From Deltaproteobacteria bacterium (GTDB lineage Bacteria; UBA10199; SPLOWO2-01-44-7), in the NCBI GenBank assembly GCA_030648035.1, contig JAUSII010000035.1, forward strand, positions 15,611 through 79,610: a DNA stretch of 64,000 nt, given 5' to 3'. The notes below the pieces were generated by a model. The model saw nothing but the letters and a program-made list of their open reading frames with translations, had not been told where the DNA came from and did not search any database. The position numbers were made by a program, and so were the translations under genes. This document shows, one piece after another, positions 1 through 8,537 of the stretch (the stretch's first letter is position 1; each line of letters begins with the position of its first letter).

Positions 1-251
1 ATGGGCAAAGGGTGTATCCAAAGCCGGTTCGGTTGAAAGCGCAGATGTTGCATCCGGCGCACCATTTGACCGAGCTGTGCTCCCCTTTCGGAATCAAATC
101 GGGAAGTCGACATATCTGCAGGCGCGATTTCATCCGACGTATTCACTTGTCCTGAATAGACGAAATTTCCTGTAGTTCCCGTGTCCCAAGTGTTTCCCAG
201 AGGCGTGACAGAGATAGAAGCGAGCGCAGACGCGCAAAAAACGGCATACAT
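1..251 (-). CDS. 5' part of a hypothetical, possibly secreted protein that runs off the left edge
   Basis: The frame is open from the ATG at 251 to position 1 (83 codons, no stop). An AAGGAGAA Shine-Dalgarno at 259-266 lies 7 nt upstream. The N-terminus MYAVFCASALASISV is hydrophobic. No family recognised. Confidence 0.35.
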   Translation of the reverse strand, partial: MYAVFCASALASISVTPLGNTWDTGTTGNFVYSGQVNTSDEIAPADMSTSRFDSERGAQLGQMVRRMQHLRFQPNRLWIHPLP

Positions 252-375
252 ATGATGGTTCTCCTTAAATTTTTTAAGACCGGCCGGAACGAATGGCGGA
301 ATTTCAAAACGTTGAAAATGACAGGCGCCATATTGATTATTTTCTTTTTCAAGTCAACAAATATTGTTAGAAGTT

Positions 376-1344
376 ATGCAAATGTCACTGGAAAATTATA
401 TAAAAAAAACCGGCAAAGAATTGGGATTTGAAAAAGTCGCCATCGCAAAAGCAAAACGTTATGCGGAACATGACGCATTGCAAAATTGGCTCTCGCAAGG
501 TTTCCATGGAACCATGCAATATATGGAGCGCGGAGCCGAAAAGAGACAGGATCCTAGAAAAGTAATGCCGGAGGCCCGGTCGGTGATTACCTGTGCTCTC
601 AATTATAATACCGACCATCCTTATTCCACCGAGTGTCACGATTCTGGCAAAGGCTGGATCGCCCGTTATGCGTGGGGAGACGATTATCATCCGATTATGG
701 AGTCCAAGTTATCCAATCTTTCCGCACACATGATGCAAAACGTATCCCCGCCGGAGGGCGGGCAAGTCTCTTCTTCCTGCAAGTTTTATGTCGATACCGG
801 TCCTGTGATGGAGCGTGTTTTTGCCAAAAATTCAGGGATCGGCTGGATGGGAAAAAACACCTGCATCATCGATCCCAAGCTGGGGTCCTGGCTTTTCTTG
901 GGAGTCATTTTAACAGACTTGGAACTTCAACCCGATTCTCTCATTTCCGATCATTGTGGCAAATGCACGGCCTGTATCGACGCCTGTCCCACTCAAGCGA
1001 TCACGGAATCCTACAAAGTCGATGCAAGACGATGCATCTCTTATCTGACCATTGAGCATAAAGGGGAAATTGAGCCGGAGTTGGCCTCAAAAATGGGAAA
1101 TCACATTTTGGGGTGTGACATCTGCCAGGATGTTTGTCCCTGGAATCGCAAGGCACCGAAGACCGGGCTGCCCGCATTTCAACCTCGGCATGGATTTTTT
1201 AATCCCGATCTCGAGTCGTTTGAAAAAAAAGTGCGAGAAAGCTATCCTGGTGATTTTAAAAATTCGCCGCTCAAACGTCCCAAGCCGGCGGGATTGTTGC
1301 GTAATATCCAGATCGCTTTGACCAACCAGAAAAATAAAAAATAA
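376..1344 (+). CDS. queG: Epoxyqueuosine reductase (QueG)
   Basis: Two 4Fe-4S ferredoxin motifs (CGKCTACIDACP, CDICQDVCPWN) plus a conserved QueG-type N-terminal region (GWIARYAWGDDYH). The track ORF starts at TTG 364; ATG 376 is more likely. Confidence 0.85.
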   Translation: MQMSLENYIKKTGKELGFEKVAIAKAKRYAEHDALQNWLSQGFHGTMQYMERGAEKRQDPRKVMPEARSVITCALNYNTDHPYSTECHDSGKGWIARYAWGDDYHPIMESKLSNLSAHMMQNVSPPEGGQVSSSCKFYVDTGPVMERVFAKNSGIGWMGKNTCIIDPKLGSWLFLGVILTDLELQPDSLISDHCGKCTACIDACPTQAITESYKVDARRCISYLTIEHKGEIEPELASKMGNHILGCDICQDVCPWNRKAPKTGLPAFQPRHGFFNPDLESFEKKVRESYPGDFKNSPLKRPKPAGLLRNIQIALTNQKNKK

Positions 1345-1358
1345 AACCGGCAACCCCC

Positions 1359-1387
1359 TTGACGATAGTCCGTTTAACCGTTATTTT
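1359..1387 (+). promoter_or_regulatory. Candidate sigma70-type promoter for the TPR/erpA genes
   Basis: TTGACG (1359-1364), a 17-nt spacer, then TATTTT (1382-1387), in the 78-nt gap after queG. Confidence 0.25.
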
Positions 1388-1422
1388 AGGGGTTCCAAGA
1401 AACAACTTTGAAACAACTTTTT

Positions 1423-1908
1423 ATGGATACCTCCGAGAGAAAAAAAATGTCGGTGCAATACTTTCGTCAGGCCTACGAGGCCCAATCCCATGGGGATATG
1501 GGGGGAGCGATTGAGTTGTATCAAAAATCGGTCGACACCTTTCCCACGCCGGAAGCCCTCACTTTTTTGGGCTGGGCGCTCTCTTCTATGGGCAAATTCA
1601 ATGAATCTATTGAATTTTGCAAGAAAGCCATCGAGTTGGACCCCGAATTTGGCAATCCTTACAATGATATAGGCGCGTATTTGATCGAATTGGGCAAGGT
1701 CGATGAAGCTATTCCCTATTTGGAGAAGGCAACGCAGGTGGGCCGCTATGAAACCCCTTGGTTTTCCCATTACAATCTGGGGCGCATCTGGGAGAAAAAG
1801 GGAATGATTATCAAGGCCAGACAATCCTATCAAAGAGCTTTGGAGGAAAACCCGGAATATGTCACCGCCACAGAATGTTTGGATCGCTTGAAGTTTTCAC
1901 TCAACTAA
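1423..1908 (+). CDS. TPR-repeat protein
   Basis: Helical-repeat composition with TPR-like segments ([53 protein letters not shown]). ATG 1423 is preferred over TTG 1408. Confidence 0.6.
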   Translation: MDTSERKKMSVQYFRQAYEAQSHGDMGGAIELYQKSVDTFPTPEALTFLGWALSSMGKFNESIEFCKKAIELDPEFGNPYNDIGAYLIELGKVDEAIPYLEKATQVGRYETPWFSHYNLGRIWEKKGMIIKARQSYQRALEENPEYVTATECLDRLKFSLN

Positions 1909-1939
1909 TAATAGTCTTCCATTCAGAGGAGAAAAATTT

Positions 1940-2278
1940 ATGGAAACCACAGAATTGGTCAGTATCAGCGAAAAAGCCGTCGCAAAAATCAGGGAATATG
2001 CCGAGAAAATGCCGGAGGCCAAAGGCAAGAGCTTCAGGGTTTATGTTCAAGGCGGTGGATGTTCCGGTTTTTCTTATGGCTTCATGTTTGATGAATCACG
2101 TGAAGGGGATATCCATATTCAGGCCAGCGGCGTTACATGTCTGCTTGATCCTCAAAGCTTAATGCTCATCAAAGGAGCGACGGTCGATTTTCAGGAAGGG
2201 ATGACCGGCGCCGGCTTTACCGTCGAAAATCCGAATGCCAAAACCAGTTGCGGTTGTGGCAGTTCGTTCAGCGTTTAA
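1940..2278 (+). CDS. erpA: A-type iron-sulfur cluster carrier/insertion protein (HesB/IscA/ErpA family)
   Basis: 112 aa with [11 protein letters not shown] and the C-terminal CGCGSSF cysteine signature. An AGGAGA SD lies upstream. Confidence 0.85.
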   Translation: METTELVSISEKAVAKIREYAEKMPEAKGKSFRVYVQGGGCSGFSYGFMFDESREGDIHIQASGVTCLLDPQSLMLIKGATVDFQEGMTGAGFTVENPNAKTSCGCGSSFSV

Positions 2279-2322
2279 ACCCGCCATTTTTTGTCTTTCC
2301 TAAAACAGATCAATCCAAAAGA

Positions 2323-2334
2323 TGATCCGTATCA
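2323..2334. promoter_or_regulatory. FNR/Crp-type palindrome TGATccgtATCA
   Basis: Exact TGAT-N4-ATCA with a...t flanks, 80 nt upstream of the Cyc2-like ATG. Same motif as sites at 13205, 14433, 18526, 18538 and 47644. Confidence 0.5.
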
Positions 2335-2414
2335 TTGTTGATATAAAAAAAACATGATACCCCGCCCTGGTATTTATAACTCGGCAAACAGATACTAATC
2401 TAGGGGGAGGAAAC

Positions 2415-3689
2415 ATGAAAAAGTTATTAGCGGTTCTTGGAACCGTCATGATGGTCTGGGCAATATTGGGAATTGGCCGTGAGGCACAAGCTGTTTCCCA
2501 GTGGGCACGGAAGTATAAAGTTAATTGTCAGACATGCCACACCGCTTTTCCGCGTCTGACGTATTTCGGCGAGAAGTTTCAAAGAAACGGTTACCAGATG
2601 CCGGATACGGAAGATGGTGATGAGGTGGGGAAGGAAAAAATCGGCGACAATCTTTTTATAGACGTGGTAAATGACTTTTTTGGTGCCCGCATGTCTGTTT
2701 CTCCGGCGACTATCACGACAAACGGATTGAAAGAGCACAATGCGGAAGGGACACTTCGCACAAAACTCAGCTTTGGAACAACGGATTGGCTTCAGTTTTT
2801 CACAGCCGGTAGTGTTTTCAAGGATGCCTCCATCTTTATTGAAACAGAGATTGGCAATACCTCGATCAAGAACAACTGGTTTTATCTGACCTACAACAAC
2901 ATTCTAAAAGGAGAGGGTTTTGGCAATCTGCTCAATTTGCGGGTTGGCAAACTCTCTGTTTTGAACTGGTTTCCGCAAAGCGGTCGTTTGAGAATGATAC
3001 CCAATATCAATATTGAGGGTTTGAATAATGTAAAATCCTCGGGTGGTGCACCCACGACTGTTACAGTTCAGGATCAGGTCAACTTTTCCAGTCCCGAAGC
3101 CGGTCTGGAACTCTTTGGTTATAAGGGACCTTTCCTTTATTCTGCGGGTGTGACCAATGGTGCTGGTATTACGGATGACAACCAATTCAAGAATGTTTTT
3201 GGAACACTTCGCATGGAAACCACGGGTGGGCCCATTGAAGGGAGCTCTGTTGCTGGTTCGGGCTATTGGGGAACGAACACCGGCTATACGGGTCTTTCCA
3301 CTCGCAAGGATCGATTCTGGCGCTGGGGTGCAGCAGCCAATCTTCGCTATAAAAAATGGGATGTTATCGGAAGTTATTTCTTCCAGCACGACAACAACTG
3401 GACATTGGCTTCCACGGGTCCTCTGGTTAACAAAAGCAAGATTCTTTCAGGACAGGTCGGTTATCTGATCGACCCGCTCTGGTTTGCCGCCTTGCAGTAT
3501 GACTATGTGACCGATTCGTTTAAAAACAGCACGACTGTTAATTCAAACTACTATAACAAAGTTTCTCCATCCATCTGGTATATGCCACGCGAGAATATGC
3601 GCATCGGTTTTGTGAATCGTTGGGAGTTGAGAGGAAGACCCGGTGGACGTCAGCAGGAGTTTCTGTTTAACGTCCGGTTCATGTTATAA
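2415..3689 (+). CDS. Cyc2-like fused monoheme cytochrome c-porin (outer-membrane candidate iron oxidase)
   Basis: Signal peptide (MKKLLAVLGTVMMVWAILGIGREAQA). A single N-terminal CQTCH followed by FPRLTYFGEKFQRNGY. About 380 aa of Gly/Tyr/Asn-rich alternating beta-strand sequence ending in RF-ML. GGGGGAGG SD. Architecture matches fused cytochrome-porins. Confidence 0.55.
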   Translation: MKKLLAVLGTVMMVWAILGIGREAQAVSQWARKYKVNCQTCHTAFPRLTYFGEKFQRNGYQMPDTEDGDEVGKEKIGDNLFIDVVNDFFGARMSVSPATITTNGLKEHNAEGTLRTKLSFGTTDWLQFFTAGSVFKDASIFIETEIGNTSIKNNWFYLTYNNILKGEGFGNLLNLRVGKLSVLNWFPQSGRLRMIPNINIEGLNNVKSSGGAPTTVTVQDQVNFSSPEAGLELFGYKGPFLYSAGVTNGAGITDDNQFKNVFGTLRMETTGGPIEGSSVAGSGYWGTNTGYTGLSTRKDRFWRWGAAANLRYKKWDVIGSYFFQHDNNWTLASTGPLVNKSKILSGQVGYLIDPLWFAALQYDYVTDSFKNSTTVNSNYYNKVSPSIWYMPRENMRIGFVNRWELRGRPGGRQQEFLFNVRFML

Positions 3690-3712
3690 GGGTGTTTGAA
3701 TGAGAAGGTTTG

Positions 3713-3756
3713 AAAATCCCCACAGAGGCGTTCTCTGTGGGGATTTTATTTTTTTA
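3713..3756 (+). terminator. Rho-independent terminator after the Cyc2-like gene
   Basis: Perfect 15-bp stem AAAATCCCCACAGAG / CTCTGTGGGGATTTT (3713-3727 / 3733-3747), 5-nt loop, followed by a T-run to 3756. Confidence 0.85.
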
Positions 3757-3822
3757 GAGATCTCTTTTCTGAAAACGCGTCAATCCGAAAGCGTTAAACC
3801 ATAAAAGAAATTTCAAAAGCAC

Positions 3823-3834
3823 TGACCCGTATCA
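3823..3834. promoter_or_regulatory. One-mismatch FNR/Crp-type box TGACccgtATCA
   Basis: 62 nt upstream of the decaheme cytochrome ATG. Same CCGT spacer as the box at 2323. Confidence 0.3.
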
Positions 3835-3896
3835 GCTTGTCGGATGATTGCCTTTGTGATACTTCCCCCCTCGAAATCAATCGTAAGGAGAAATTT

Positions 3897-4844
3897 ATGG
3901 GGGAGATGAAAAGGTGTTTCGTTCTTGTTTGCTTGTCTGTTTTCGTTTTTTCGACACAGGGTGCCGCCGCTTCCAATAAAACCAAATCCAAAAAAGTAGC
4001 TGTTTCTTCTTCTCCCTCTGGCCCTGTTATGGTGGGGGATTCCGTCTGTCAAGCCTGCCATCAAGATCAGTTTGTGAAATTCGGAAAAACCTTGATGGGC
4101 AAATATCTTTCCCAGAAGACAAAATCGGGAAATGAATCGTTTTCTTGTGAAACCTGTCACGGCCCCGGCAACCTCCATGCAGAAGCGGGGGGTGGTAGGG
4201 GGGTTGGCGGTCTCATTACGTTTGGCAAGGGGTCCACAACACCGGTTGAAAAACAGAATGCGGTTTGCCTTCAGTGCCATGAACAGGGAGATCGCCTGCT
4301 TTGGAAGGGGAGTTCACATCAGGCCAGGGATGTAGCCTGTACCAGCTGTCACACTGTCATGGAAAAAATATCGCCGCACGCACAGCTCGCCAAAACCAGC
4401 GAGATAGAAACCTGTGGCCAATGTCATGAACAGAAACGGGCACAGCAGATGCGGTTTTCGCACATGCCTGTGCGCGAGGGTAAGATGACCTGCACCAGTT
4501 GCCACAACCCTCATGGCACTCTGACTGAAAAATTGCTGAAGAGCACCTCTGCCAATGAAAACTGCTACAGTTGCCATACGGAAAAACGGGGCCCCTTTCT
4601 CTGGGAACATCCGCCTGTGATGGAAAATTGCATCAACTGCCACGATCCGCACGGCAGTAATCATGAAAAAATGCTCAAGTTGCCCAAACCACGATTGTGT
4701 CAACAGTGCCACGATGAGTCAAGGCACCCGACCAACCCACAAAGCTTGGGCGCAACAAGAACTTTGTTCGGTCGTTCGTGCAGTAACTGCCATTTTAATA
4801 TTCATGGCAGTAATCATCCATCGGGTTCTGCTTTCACCCGGTAG
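3897..4844 (+). CDS. Periplasmic decaheme c-type cytochrome, MtrA/DmsE/PioA/MtoA family
   Basis: Ten CxxCH motifs (CQACH, CETCH, CLQCH, CTSCH, CGQCH, CTSCH, CYSCH, CINCH, CQQCH, CSNCH) in about 315 aa. Signal peptide present. AAGGAGA SD before ATG 3897. A large barrel gene follows directly. Confidence 0.85.
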   Translation: MGEMKRCFVLVCLSVFVFSTQGAAASNKTKSKKVAVSSSPSGPVMVGDSVCQACHQDQFVKFGKTLMGKYLSQKTKSGNESFSCETCHGPGNLHAEAGGGRGVGGLITFGKGSTTPVEKQNAVCLQCHEQGDRLLWKGSSHQARDVACTSCHTVMEKISPHAQLAKTSEIETCGQCHEQKRAQQMRFSHMPVREGKMTCTSCHNPHGTLTEKLLKSTSANENCYSCHTEKRGPFLWEHPPVMENCINCHDPHGSNHEKMLKLPKPRLCQQCHDESRHPTNPQSLGATRTLFGRSCSNCHFNIHGSNHPSGSAFTR

Positions 4845-4853
4845 GAGGGGAAT

Positions 4854-7019
4854 ATGCGATTTTATAAAAAATATTTTTCAGTTCTGTTCTGTCTCGTGGG
4901 GATATTATTTTCTATGAGGGCTACAGCCGGACCAGAAGTGTTTAAAATGAAATCAAGCGGCGAGATCAATGCCGGCGGGAGATTTTACCTTCCCGGCCAG
5001 CTTCCCAGAACCCAGAGAGCGGAGTATGAAGAGTATCGCGATCTGCCCCAGCAGTTTTATCTGGAAAATCTCAATTTGAATCTGGAGAGTAAAGATCAAC
5101 AAAAATATCTCGATATCACAGCTACCGAGGCGGGCGCGCAGGATCAGAATTATTCTTTAACTGCTTCGGAATTGGGCCTTTACCGTTTTGAATTCGAATG
5201 GGATCAGACGCCGCACATCTTCTCCACCGATGGTCGGATGCTCGGCACGACAACAAGTCCCGGCGTCTACACTCTTCCGACGCCGCGCCCCACCGGCAAT
5301 GATTATAATAACGCACCCATTATTGACAAAATTGCCGTCCGCTGGGACACCGCCCGCTTTCTCTTCTCCTACGACCTTGGGAAGTATTGGGATGTCAAAG
5401 GGGAATATAAATGGATTGATAAAAGCGGCGATAGACCGATGGGGATGGCTTTTGGGAGTCCCGGGATTAATTTTCGTGAAATTTTGGAACCGGTGGATCA
5501 GAATGTCCACAATGTCCGCTTCACGGCCGGCATGAAAAAGGAAAAATACCAGCTTCAATTCAGCTATGATTTCTCCCTGTTTCAAAACGCCCTGAATCGC
5601 GTCATTTCGGATAACCCTCTTGCGGCTACCAATGGTGCTTTTGTCCCTTCTGCCACCGGAGGCAACAGTATAGAGGCCAGCGGACAGACCTCTCTGCCGC
5701 CTGGCAACATGGCCAACACTTGGAATTTCGCAGGCGGCGTGAATTTGCCGATGAACACCCGTATTAACAGTTCCTTTTCCTACAGTCTGCGCCAGCAGAA
5801 CGATTCTTTTTTGCCGCACACAAACAACCCCAATATTCCTTCAGGCAATCTGGCTCTCCCAAAATCGGGCTTGGATGGACAAGCGATGACACTACTTTAC
5901 AATTTTAGCGTGACCAACCGCCCTGCCGATAGCGTAAAGCTGACAACAAAGTATCGATATTTTCATTTGAGCGATAGCAGCAACATTTTGACTTTTCCAT
6001 CGCATGTTGTGAATGATCGGACATTGGTGAATAGCAGTCTCACCGCAGAACGATTCCCTTTTGATAAACACAACGCAAGTATGGATGCGCACTTTCAGAT
6101 TTTAGATCCACTGGAAGTTACCGTGGGGATGGGATGGGAACGTTGGGACCGTAGCCCCCAACGTGAAGCCCAGACAACCGACGAATATGCACCTCATATT
6201 TCGATGGATATAACACCGTCCGACTGGACCCTGATGCGCGTCACCTATACTCCTTCAATCAAAACTGTTGCCTATTACAATGTGGAGCTGATTCCGGCTC
6301 AAGAAAAACTGATGCGTAAATTTGACGAAGCCAGTCGCGATCGGCAGAAGGTCGATTTTTTTACCCAGTTCACGCCACTGGATATTTTTCAGATAAGTTT
6401 CAACGGAGGCATCATCAACGATTATTATCGAAACTCGGTTTATGGATTGCAGAACAGTCAAACTTGGTCGGTCGGAACCGATTTAAGCTGGAAACCGTTT
6501 GAACCTCTAACTATTTTTGGAGGTTATGTTCGTGAACAATATTCCGCCAGACAGGCTTCTCAGTATCGTGAACCGACTATTTTGGAGAATACGCGCTATG
6601 CTTGGGTAGCCAACACAAACGACATTATTGATACCGTTCGGGTCGGAGTCGATGTGGAGATTATTCCCAACAAACTGACTTGGAGCGGCAATTGGGATCT
6701 TTCACGCGAATGGAACAGAATGTATGCGAATAATCCGCAAACTCCCACAGGAGGAACGGCGGCGCAGAACGCTTCCGCTACGGCGTCTGATTTTCCGGCG
6801 ATCACCAGCACCCTCAACCGTCTGGAATCTGATTTGCGCTACAATATTAACAAATCATGGAATGCCAAAGTGGCCTATGTATTTGACGATTTTCATATCA
6901 ACGATTTTAGAACCAACGGCCTTTTGCCCGCCACGCAAGGCGATATTTTCTTGGGCAACGAGTTGCTCAACTACGCCGCCCATATGGTCGTGATGACTGT
7001 CGGGTATCGGTTTGATTAA
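4854..7019 (+). CDS. MtrB/PioB/MtoB-family decaheme-associated outer-membrane beta-barrel
   Basis: 721 aa with a signal peptide and Tyr/Asn/Ser/Gly-rich beta-strand periodicity throughout. It starts 10 nt after the decaheme gene, with an AGGAGGGG SD. Confidence 0.75.
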   Translation: MRFYKKYFSVLFCLVGILFSMRATAGPEVFKMKSSGEINAGGRFYLPGQLPRTQRAEYEEYRDLPQQFYLENLNLNLESKDQQKYLDITATEAGAQDQNYSLTASELGLYRFEFEWDQTPHIFSTDGRMLGTTTSPGVYTLPTPRPTGNDYNNAPIIDKIAVRWDTARFLFSYDLGKYWDVKGEYKWIDKSGDRPMGMAFGSPGINFREILEPVDQNVHNVRFTAGMKKEKYQLQFSYDFSLFQNALNRVISDNPLAATNGAFVPSATGGNSIEASGQTSLPPGNMANTWNFAGGVNLPMNTRINSSFSYSLRQQNDSFLPHTNNPNIPSGNLALPKSGLDGQAMTLLYNFSVTNRPADSVKLTTKYRYFHLSDSSNILTFPSHVVNDRTLVNSSLTAERFPFDKHNASMDAHFQILDPLEVTVGMGWERWDRSPQREAQTTDEYAPHISMDITPSDWTLMRVTYTPSIKTVAYYNVELIPAQEKLMRKFDEASRDRQKVDFFTQFTPLDIFQISFNGGIINDYYRNSVYGLQNSQTWSVGTDLSWKPFEPLTIFGGYVREQYSARQASQYREPTILENTRYAWVANTNDIIDTVRVGVDVEIIPNKLTWSGNWDLSREWNRMYANNPQTPTGGTAAQNASATASDFPAITSTLNRLESDLRYNINKSWNAKVAYVFDDFHINDFRTNGLLPATQGDIFLGNELLNYAAHMVVMTVGYRFD

Positions 7020-7825
7020 AGATCTCTTTTCTGAAAGCGTTTTAATCCGAAAAAAGTTGGGATAAAAATCCAGAGTCCCAAGGCTGTAAGGCCCAAAGCC
7101 ATTCCGAAAAAATTGCCGAGATATTTTTGGAAGAGGGCCCCCGAATACCCCATCATGGCGGAGAGGTCTATTTTAAGAAGCAGAATCACCCGTGAAAGAT
7201 CGATTGGATTTAAAAAAGTCATCAACAACATGGGGCCTTCCAAGGGGTAGTCGCCGAAAAGCAGAACAACGCCAAAAACAAGGGCATCATAGAGAATAAA
7301 GAAAAAAAACCAGAGCAATAGCATCCAGCCGAAGACCAATTCTTTTTTACGAACGACATTGACCACCCAAAAAGCGATGCTCAAGAAAACAAAGGTCAAA
7401 AGAACACCCAGCAACAATAGCAGTGTGTAGCTTCCAAAGCCGGTTTGTGAAAGGTTCATTTGTAATAAGGATCCGAGCCCCATTCCCAGCAGAAAACTCA
7501 AACTCAATCCGACCCCAAGGCCGATCCATTTTCCCAAAAAGATATCTCTTCTGGAAATGGGGAGTGAGACCAGCATTTCATGGAAGGGCAGTGATTCAGC
7601 AAAAGAAAGACTTCCGAAGACAAGCGAAAAAAGAGGAACCAAAAGCAAAACAAGATTCAGGAGAGAGGCACTGGCTTGCAGGGGATCCGAAGCACCAATG
7701 TAGGTGATGATGCCGCTGAAAAGAAGAAAAGAGAGGGCATAGATCAGAAGCCATTTGTTGCGGATGTTTTCATAAAATTCAAATAATGCGATGGTCGCCA
7801 AGGGGGTATTAAATATTTTTTTCAT
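7016..7825 (-). CDS. nosY: NosY, ABC-2-type permease of the nos maturation system
   Basis: 269-aa polytopic hydrophobic protein. Last gene of the nos string, overlapping nosF by 17 nt. Confidence 0.75.
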   Translation of the reverse strand: MKKIFNTPLATIALFEFYENIRNKWLLIYALSFLLFSGIITYIGASDPLQASASLLNLVLLLVPLFSLVFGSLSFAESLPFHEMLVSLPISRRDIFLGKWIGLGVGLSLSFLLGMGLGSLLQMNLSQTGFGSYTLLLLLGVLLTFVFLSIAFWVVNVVRKKELVFGWMLLLWFFFFILYDALVFGVVLLFGDYPLEGPMLLMTFLNPIDLSRVILLLKIDLSAMMGYSGALFQKYLGNFFGMALGLTALGLWIFIPTFFGLKRFQKRDL

Positions 7826-8537
7826 GATTTTTGGTCGTATTCCAAAATTGGTTGAGTGCTTCTTCCAGTGATGTTGTGTTTTTCTGTTTTTTCAACGCGG
7901 CAGGGGAAATGATAGTATAGACTTTTCCCTCCACCAGCAGGGCCATCTCATCAGCCATGGCGTCGACCTCAGCCATGACATGCGAGGTGAACAAAATAGT
8001 ATTTCCAACCTTCTTTTTTTCACAGATCAGTTGTTTGAGGTAATAAGCCACCTGGGGATCGAGGCCAGAAGTCGGTTCATCGAGAATGAAGAGGGAACTG
8101 TCGAACATGAAACATTGCAGGATGTTGATCTTCTGGGCCATGCCGCCGGAGAGTTCGCCAAAGACCTGATTCCAAAAAAGATTGATTTCCAGATCTTGAA
8201 TGAGCTGGTTTTTGTACAGCCCTTCTTTGTGCCGCAGTTTTTCAAAAAGGGTGATCAACTCTTTAACTTTGATGTGAGGAGGAAATTTCAGAAGTTGAGG
8301 CATATATCCCACCTCGGCTTTGAATCGGTTTGTGCCGACGATCGATTCACCGTTCCAAATGATTTCGGCATTTTTGGATGGCCTGACAATTTCCAATATC
8401 GATTTTAAAATAGTCGTCTTTCCAGAGCCGTTTGGCCCTAAAAGGGCAAAAATATTTCCGCCGGAAATCGTCAGATCGATCTGGTCCAGAATTTTATGGC
8501 CGTTATAACTTTTGCTTAAGTTTTTAATTGTAATCAT
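7809..8537 (-). CDS. nosF: NosF, ABC ATPase
   Basis: Walker A GPNGSGKTT, signature LSGGMAQK, Walker B LFILDEPTSGLD. ATGA overlap with the nosD stop. Confidence 0.85.
   Translation of the reverse strand: MITIKNLSKSYNGHKILDQIDLTISGGNIFALLGPNGSGKTTILKSILEIVRPSKNAEIIWNGESIVGTNRFKAEVGYMPQLLKFPPHIKVKELITLFEKLRHKEGLYKNQLIQDLEINLFWNQVFGELSGGMAQKINILQCFMFDSSLFILDEPTSGLDPQVAYYLKQLICEKKKVGNTILFTSHVMAEVDAMADEMALLVEGKVYTIISPAALKKQKNTTSLEEALNQFWNTTKNHEKNI

Noticed and set aside
143-352. 69-aa minus-strand ORF in the first intergenic region
   Set aside because: It has an Arg/Lys-rich, unnatural-looking sequence and no SD. It overlaps a better-supported frame (ATG 251 with an AAGGAGAA SD) that runs off the edge.
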